Assembly: GCA_963811165.1 (NCBI GenBank)
Contig: CAWEQH010000008.1
Coordinates: 384,001 to 448,000 of the forward strand
Source of the DNA: an uncultured Nitrospiraceae bacterium
GTDB taxonomy: Bacteria; Nitrospirota; Thermodesulfovibrionia; Thermodesulfovibrionales; UBA6898
Direction of reading: 5' to 3'
DNA: 64,000 bases
Every line of letters starts with the position of its first letter. The first letter of the stretch is position 1. The position numbers and the translations under genes were made by a program. Of this stretch, positions 60,993-64,000 are shown in pieces. The notes below the pieces were generated by a model that did no database searches, was not told the origin of the DNA, and worked only from the letters and a program-made list of their open reading frames with translations.

Positions 60993-61628
60993 TTATCATT
61001 CTTGACACTGCATGCCAGTTCCTAAAAAATGCCCTATTATAGCCTATCCCTCAAAGAAGTGGTAGCGCTATTGAGAAGACGTAAAATAGTATCCGTTGGA
61101 GGCCGAAAGATGCCCCCTTTGATCTGGCGTAAAGAACTCCCCAGGATAAGGATAGCTCATCACTATCCAAAGTAAGAAGGGAAGAAGCCACTTAAAACAA
61201 AGATACATATCATAGACAAAAAAATCCGCAGTCAAAGAAGTATCTCCTTTGAGGTACTGTATGAAAAAGACATCACTCAACAGAAATGTAAATATCCCTA
61301 ATTGCAATAAACCCAGAACGTTTCAGTACTGGTATCATTGGGGTAGCAAGCGGCAGGGACATCAATGCAATTATGGTCATGGAGTAACCATAGAGCATTT
61401 TATCAATATCAGGCAGTCAGATTATTCAGACTGTTGCCTGCTACGATACCTCACAAAGTCAATAGATATGCTGGTCTGTATGGGGCCGATTCCCGCACAC
61501 TCCCTCCATTTATGCCTGTTTACCCCGTTAGAAAATTTTGCTGCTGAGCCATCCGGTTTGAAGGTCGAAGGTCTTCTCACGGGGTTTACATTGCCTTTCC
61601 GCTATGCTAATTTAAATCCAAGATTACC

Positions 61629-61772
61629 GTTGATAGAAAAGAAATCCAGTCAACGCTCGACTCGATTGTCGATCGGCTTGTGACGATTTTTGACGTGGAG
61701 AAGATCGTGTTGTTCGGCTCTTACGTCAATGGAAAGCAGACCAGAGGCAGAGCAGGATTATCAAAACAATGA
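61629..61772 (+). pseudogene. remnant of minimal nucleotidyltransferase (MNT antitoxin-like)
   Basis: VDRKEIQSTLDSIVDRLVTIFDVEKIVLFGSYVNG...*; GS motif present, DxD lost, no ATG start. Confidence 0.6.
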
Positions 61773-62593
61773 GGGCATTTCTTATTTATGTTGTGTCTGC
61801 GATGTTGTCCCTGATGACGGGTTGCGCTACGCTGCCGGAGCATTATGTGTCACTTCACGACCTGAGGGCGTCGTCGCTTGAAGAAATCCTTCACCAAATA
61901 AAGAGCGAGAAAGTCATATTTATAGGCGAAAGCCACGAGGCCAGGGAAGACCATCTCGTCCAATTCGAAGTCGTGAGGCGGCTGCATGAAAGCGGTGAAG
62001 ATGTCGTCATTGCCCTTGAAATGTTCCCCTCGGGGGCACAGCCGCTCCTGAATCAATGGATAGGGGGCGAAATTTCCGAGAGTGATTTCAAAAGGGCTTA
62101 TTCCTCGGTATGGAATGTCCCTTATGAATATTATTCGGACATATTCGAATATGCAAGGCGGGCCGGGATCCCCCTTGCCGGAATTAATGGGGACAAAGCC
62201 CTCATCAACAACGCCGCCAAAGCGGGCGTAGATACATTGCCCCGGGAAGTTCGCCAAGCGGTGGGGGCCCTCTCATGCGAAAGGGCCCCTGAGTACAGAC
62301 GCATGATCGATCTTTTCGAGGTAAAGGGCGTGCACGTCTCAGGAATGCCTTTTTTTTGCGACGCACAGTTGTTGCGCGACAGCCTGATGGCATACAATAT
62401 CGTCGGCATACTCAAAAGAGGCAGATTCACGGTCGTTGCCTTGGTCGGCTCTGTTCACGCCTTAAAAGCGGCGGTCCCGGGGATCCTTTTCAAATATCAT
62501 AATGTAAAAAGCGCGGTCCTTGTCTCAAAGGTGTTTGCGGACCTGGTATCACGGGAAGCGGATGCGGAAATAGCTGATTATATCTGGTATTAA
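61769..62593 (+). CDS. ChaN/PhuW family heme-uptake lipoprotein
   Basis: Lipobox MTGC; IFIGESH, ALEMF, Q.LRD..MA, VGSVH. Confidence 0.8.
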   Translation: MRAFLIYVVSAMLSLMTGCATLPEHYVSLHDLRASSLEEILHQIKSEKVIFIGESHEAREDHLVQFEVVRRLHESGEDVVIALEMFPSGAQPLLNQWIGGEISESDFKRAYSSVWNVPYEYYSDIFEYARRAGIPLAGINGDKALINNAAKAGVDTLPREVRQAVGALSCERAPEYRRMIDLFEVKGVHVSGMPFFCDAQLLRDSLMAYNIVGILKRGRFTVVALVGSVHALKAAVPGILFKYHNVKSAVLVSKVFADLVSREADAEIADYIWY

Positions 62594-62749
62594 TGCCCGA
62601 AACATGCGGGGCATTCTTTCTTGTTTCTCCCATGCAAAGGACAGATCGGAAGACTTGGGCGGGCCGATTTCCATTTTCGGTCATATTCCAATATGGACCG
62701 TTGTTGCGGTAAAATAAATAACGGTTACATCGGGACAAAGGAGAGGACG

Positions 62750-62995
62750 ATGAAAGAGGAAAAAAGGCCGGCCGATATGTCGATTGAAGAACTGAGGGCC
62801 GAGCTCGAGCGGGCCAAAGACAACCTATGCGATTTCGAGGAGATGCATGCATTTACCTTCGGGGGGAAGACCACTCTCCATATGAGTGCCGAAAAGGCGC
62901 AGAATATGCAGCTTGAATTCGAGGAGGAGTGCAGGGCGTATAACGAGCGCATCGCCGAGATTGAAAAAGAGCTCAAGACAAGAGGCGCACTCTGA
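62750..62995 (+). CDS. small coiled-coil hypothetical protein
   Basis: SD AAGGAGAGG; 81 aa. Confidence 0.65.
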   Translation: MKEEKRPADMSIEELRAELERAKDNLCDFEEMHAFTFGGKTTLHMSAEKAQNMQLEFEEECRAYNERIAEIEKELKTRGAL

Positions 62996-63004
62996 CCGGT
63001 TTTT

Positions 63005-64000
63005 TTATCCGATGCTCTCCATAAATCTTCGCCCGTAGTCCTTCGTCTCAATCCTCTCGTCACAAATTATCACCCGTCCCCTGTCGTCCCTTGACCGTAT
63101 CAGCCGACCGAACCCCTGTTTGAACTTGAGCACCGCCCTCGGAAGCGAATAGTCGCGGAAGGGATTGCCGCCCCTTTTCCTGATCTCCTCCGCGCGCGCG
63201 ACGATAAGCGGCTCCGTGGGGACTTCAAAGGGCAGCTTCGTGATGATGAGACAGTTGAGGGAATCCCCCTTTACGTCGACCCCTTCCCAGAATGAGTCGA
63301 GGCCGAAGATAACACTGTTTCTGCTCTCCCTCATCTCCTGAAGCATTTTTTTGTTCGGCAGCGTACCTTGGACCATCGGGTTCAGTCCCGCCGCAAGGAG
63401 TTTCCCGGAGGCGGCCTCCCAGGTCCTTCTCATTACCTCTTTTGAAGTGAAGAGCACGAGGGTGCCGCCTTCCTCTTTTGACGACTCCGTCACGATGACG
63501 CCCGCAAGCCTCTCTACGCCTTTTTCCTGCTGCAGGTCGATGCCTCTCTCGACGCCGATCCTGACCTGGTTTCTCATATCAAAGGGAGAGGGCACGGCAA
63601 GTGTCTCGGGGCCGTCGAGGCCCAGGATGTTTTGGATGAGTCCGAAATCTCCGGCTACGGAAAGGGTCGCGGATGTCAGGATTACCGAACCGTAGGCCGG
63701 CATCAGGGTGTTGCCGACGAACTCGGAGGGGTATATGGGCGACATCCTCAAGGCGGTTTTCTTCTCCTCCACCTCGGCCCACCTGACGAATCCATCGACC
63801 TCTCCGGCAAACAGCCCCATGCCCTCGCAAAGGGAGCGGAGCTTGATGACCGCGGCTTTCAGGTCGAGCTCCTCGTCCTCGGTAAAAAGACCGACCGCAG
63901 AGGTCCTGATTTTTTCAAGGAGGGCACTTATCGAGGAAGTCAGGAGTGAAAGATGTTCTTCCAGTATGAATTTCCCTTTAATGATTTTCCTGTTTCCCGA
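63005..64000 (-). CDS. DinG/YoaA family ATP-dependent helicase, C-terminal part
   Basis: LTSATL, SPFD, LVLFTS, SFWEGVD, KLPF, QGFGRLIRS; frame open to the window end. Confidence 0.9.
   Translation of the reverse strand, partial: SGNRKIIKGKFILEEHLSLLTSSISALLEKIRTSAVGLFTEDEELDLKAAVIKLRSLCEGMGLFAGEVDGFVRWAEVEEKKTALRMSPIYPSEFVGNTLMPAYGSVILTSATLSVAGDFGLIQNILGLDGPETLAVPSPFDMRNQVRIGVERGIDLQQEKGVERLAGVIVTESSKEEGGTLVLFTSKEVMRRTWEAASGKLLAAGLNPMVQGTLPNKKMLQEMRESRNSVIFGLDSFWEGVDVKGDSLNCLIITKLPFEVPTEPLIVARAEEIRKRGGNPFRDYSLPRAVLKFKQGFGRLIRSRDDRGRVIICDERIETKDYGRRFMESIG

Larger units (their letters stand above)
59331..61508. mobile_element. decayed ~2.2 kb islet integrated at the selC 3' end
   Basis: 19/22 direct repeat of the selC 3' end at 61487-61508; visibly AT-richer cargo; no integrase left. 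Confidence 0.65.

Noticed and set aside
61068..61390. Second selenoprotein (minus-strand frame with two in-frame TGA)
   Set aside because: Hydrophobic, no redox motif or SECIS-like hairpin; more likely a decayed gene or noise

Overview
Bacterial chromosomal window. The gene content and style suggest an anaerobic Nitrospirota/Desulfobacterota-like organism, but this is inference only. From left to right it contains: a minus-strand type II secretion operon (gspE,F,H,I,J,K,L,M,C-like, with no gspG or gspD in view); a GT2 glycosyltransferase, dCMP deaminase, MrfA/YprA-type helicase and periplasmic thioredoxin; tRNA-fMet; and a compact flagellar/chemotaxis regulatory 'skeleton' (FleQ-like sigma54 activator with matching boxes and a sigma54 promoter, fliA, cheB, cheR, a cheD stub, flgM, flgN) with no structural flagellar genes. 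Next is a ~17.6 kb minus-strand unit. In it, two giant surface proteins with different passengers share a near-identical 2.5 kb C-terminal C25 (gingipain/PorU-like) peptidase module. They are followed directly by a RiPP-like cassette: PqqD/RRE, radical SAM-SPASM, a 60-aa Cys-containing precursor with a YxxPxL leader, an HprK-like kinase and an S26-type peptidase. This unit is the best candidate for an uncharacterised system. The rest of the window holds ompA, an FG-GAP lipoprotein, a UxxC glutaredoxin selenoprotein missed by the ORF track and coupled to copA, larC, a FecR/DUF6600 repeat protein, a cytochrome c-CopD-cytochrome b5 fusion, a CBS tRNA nucleotidyltransferase, a diguanylate cyclase, DUF3842/CooT, LuxR, a PHP phosphatase and a PpiC-TPR protein. 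It ends with tRNA-Sec (selC), a ~2.2 kb decayed islet closed by a degenerate copy of the selC 3' end, ChaN and a partial DinG helicase. All calls are by eye from motifs; no database searches were run.
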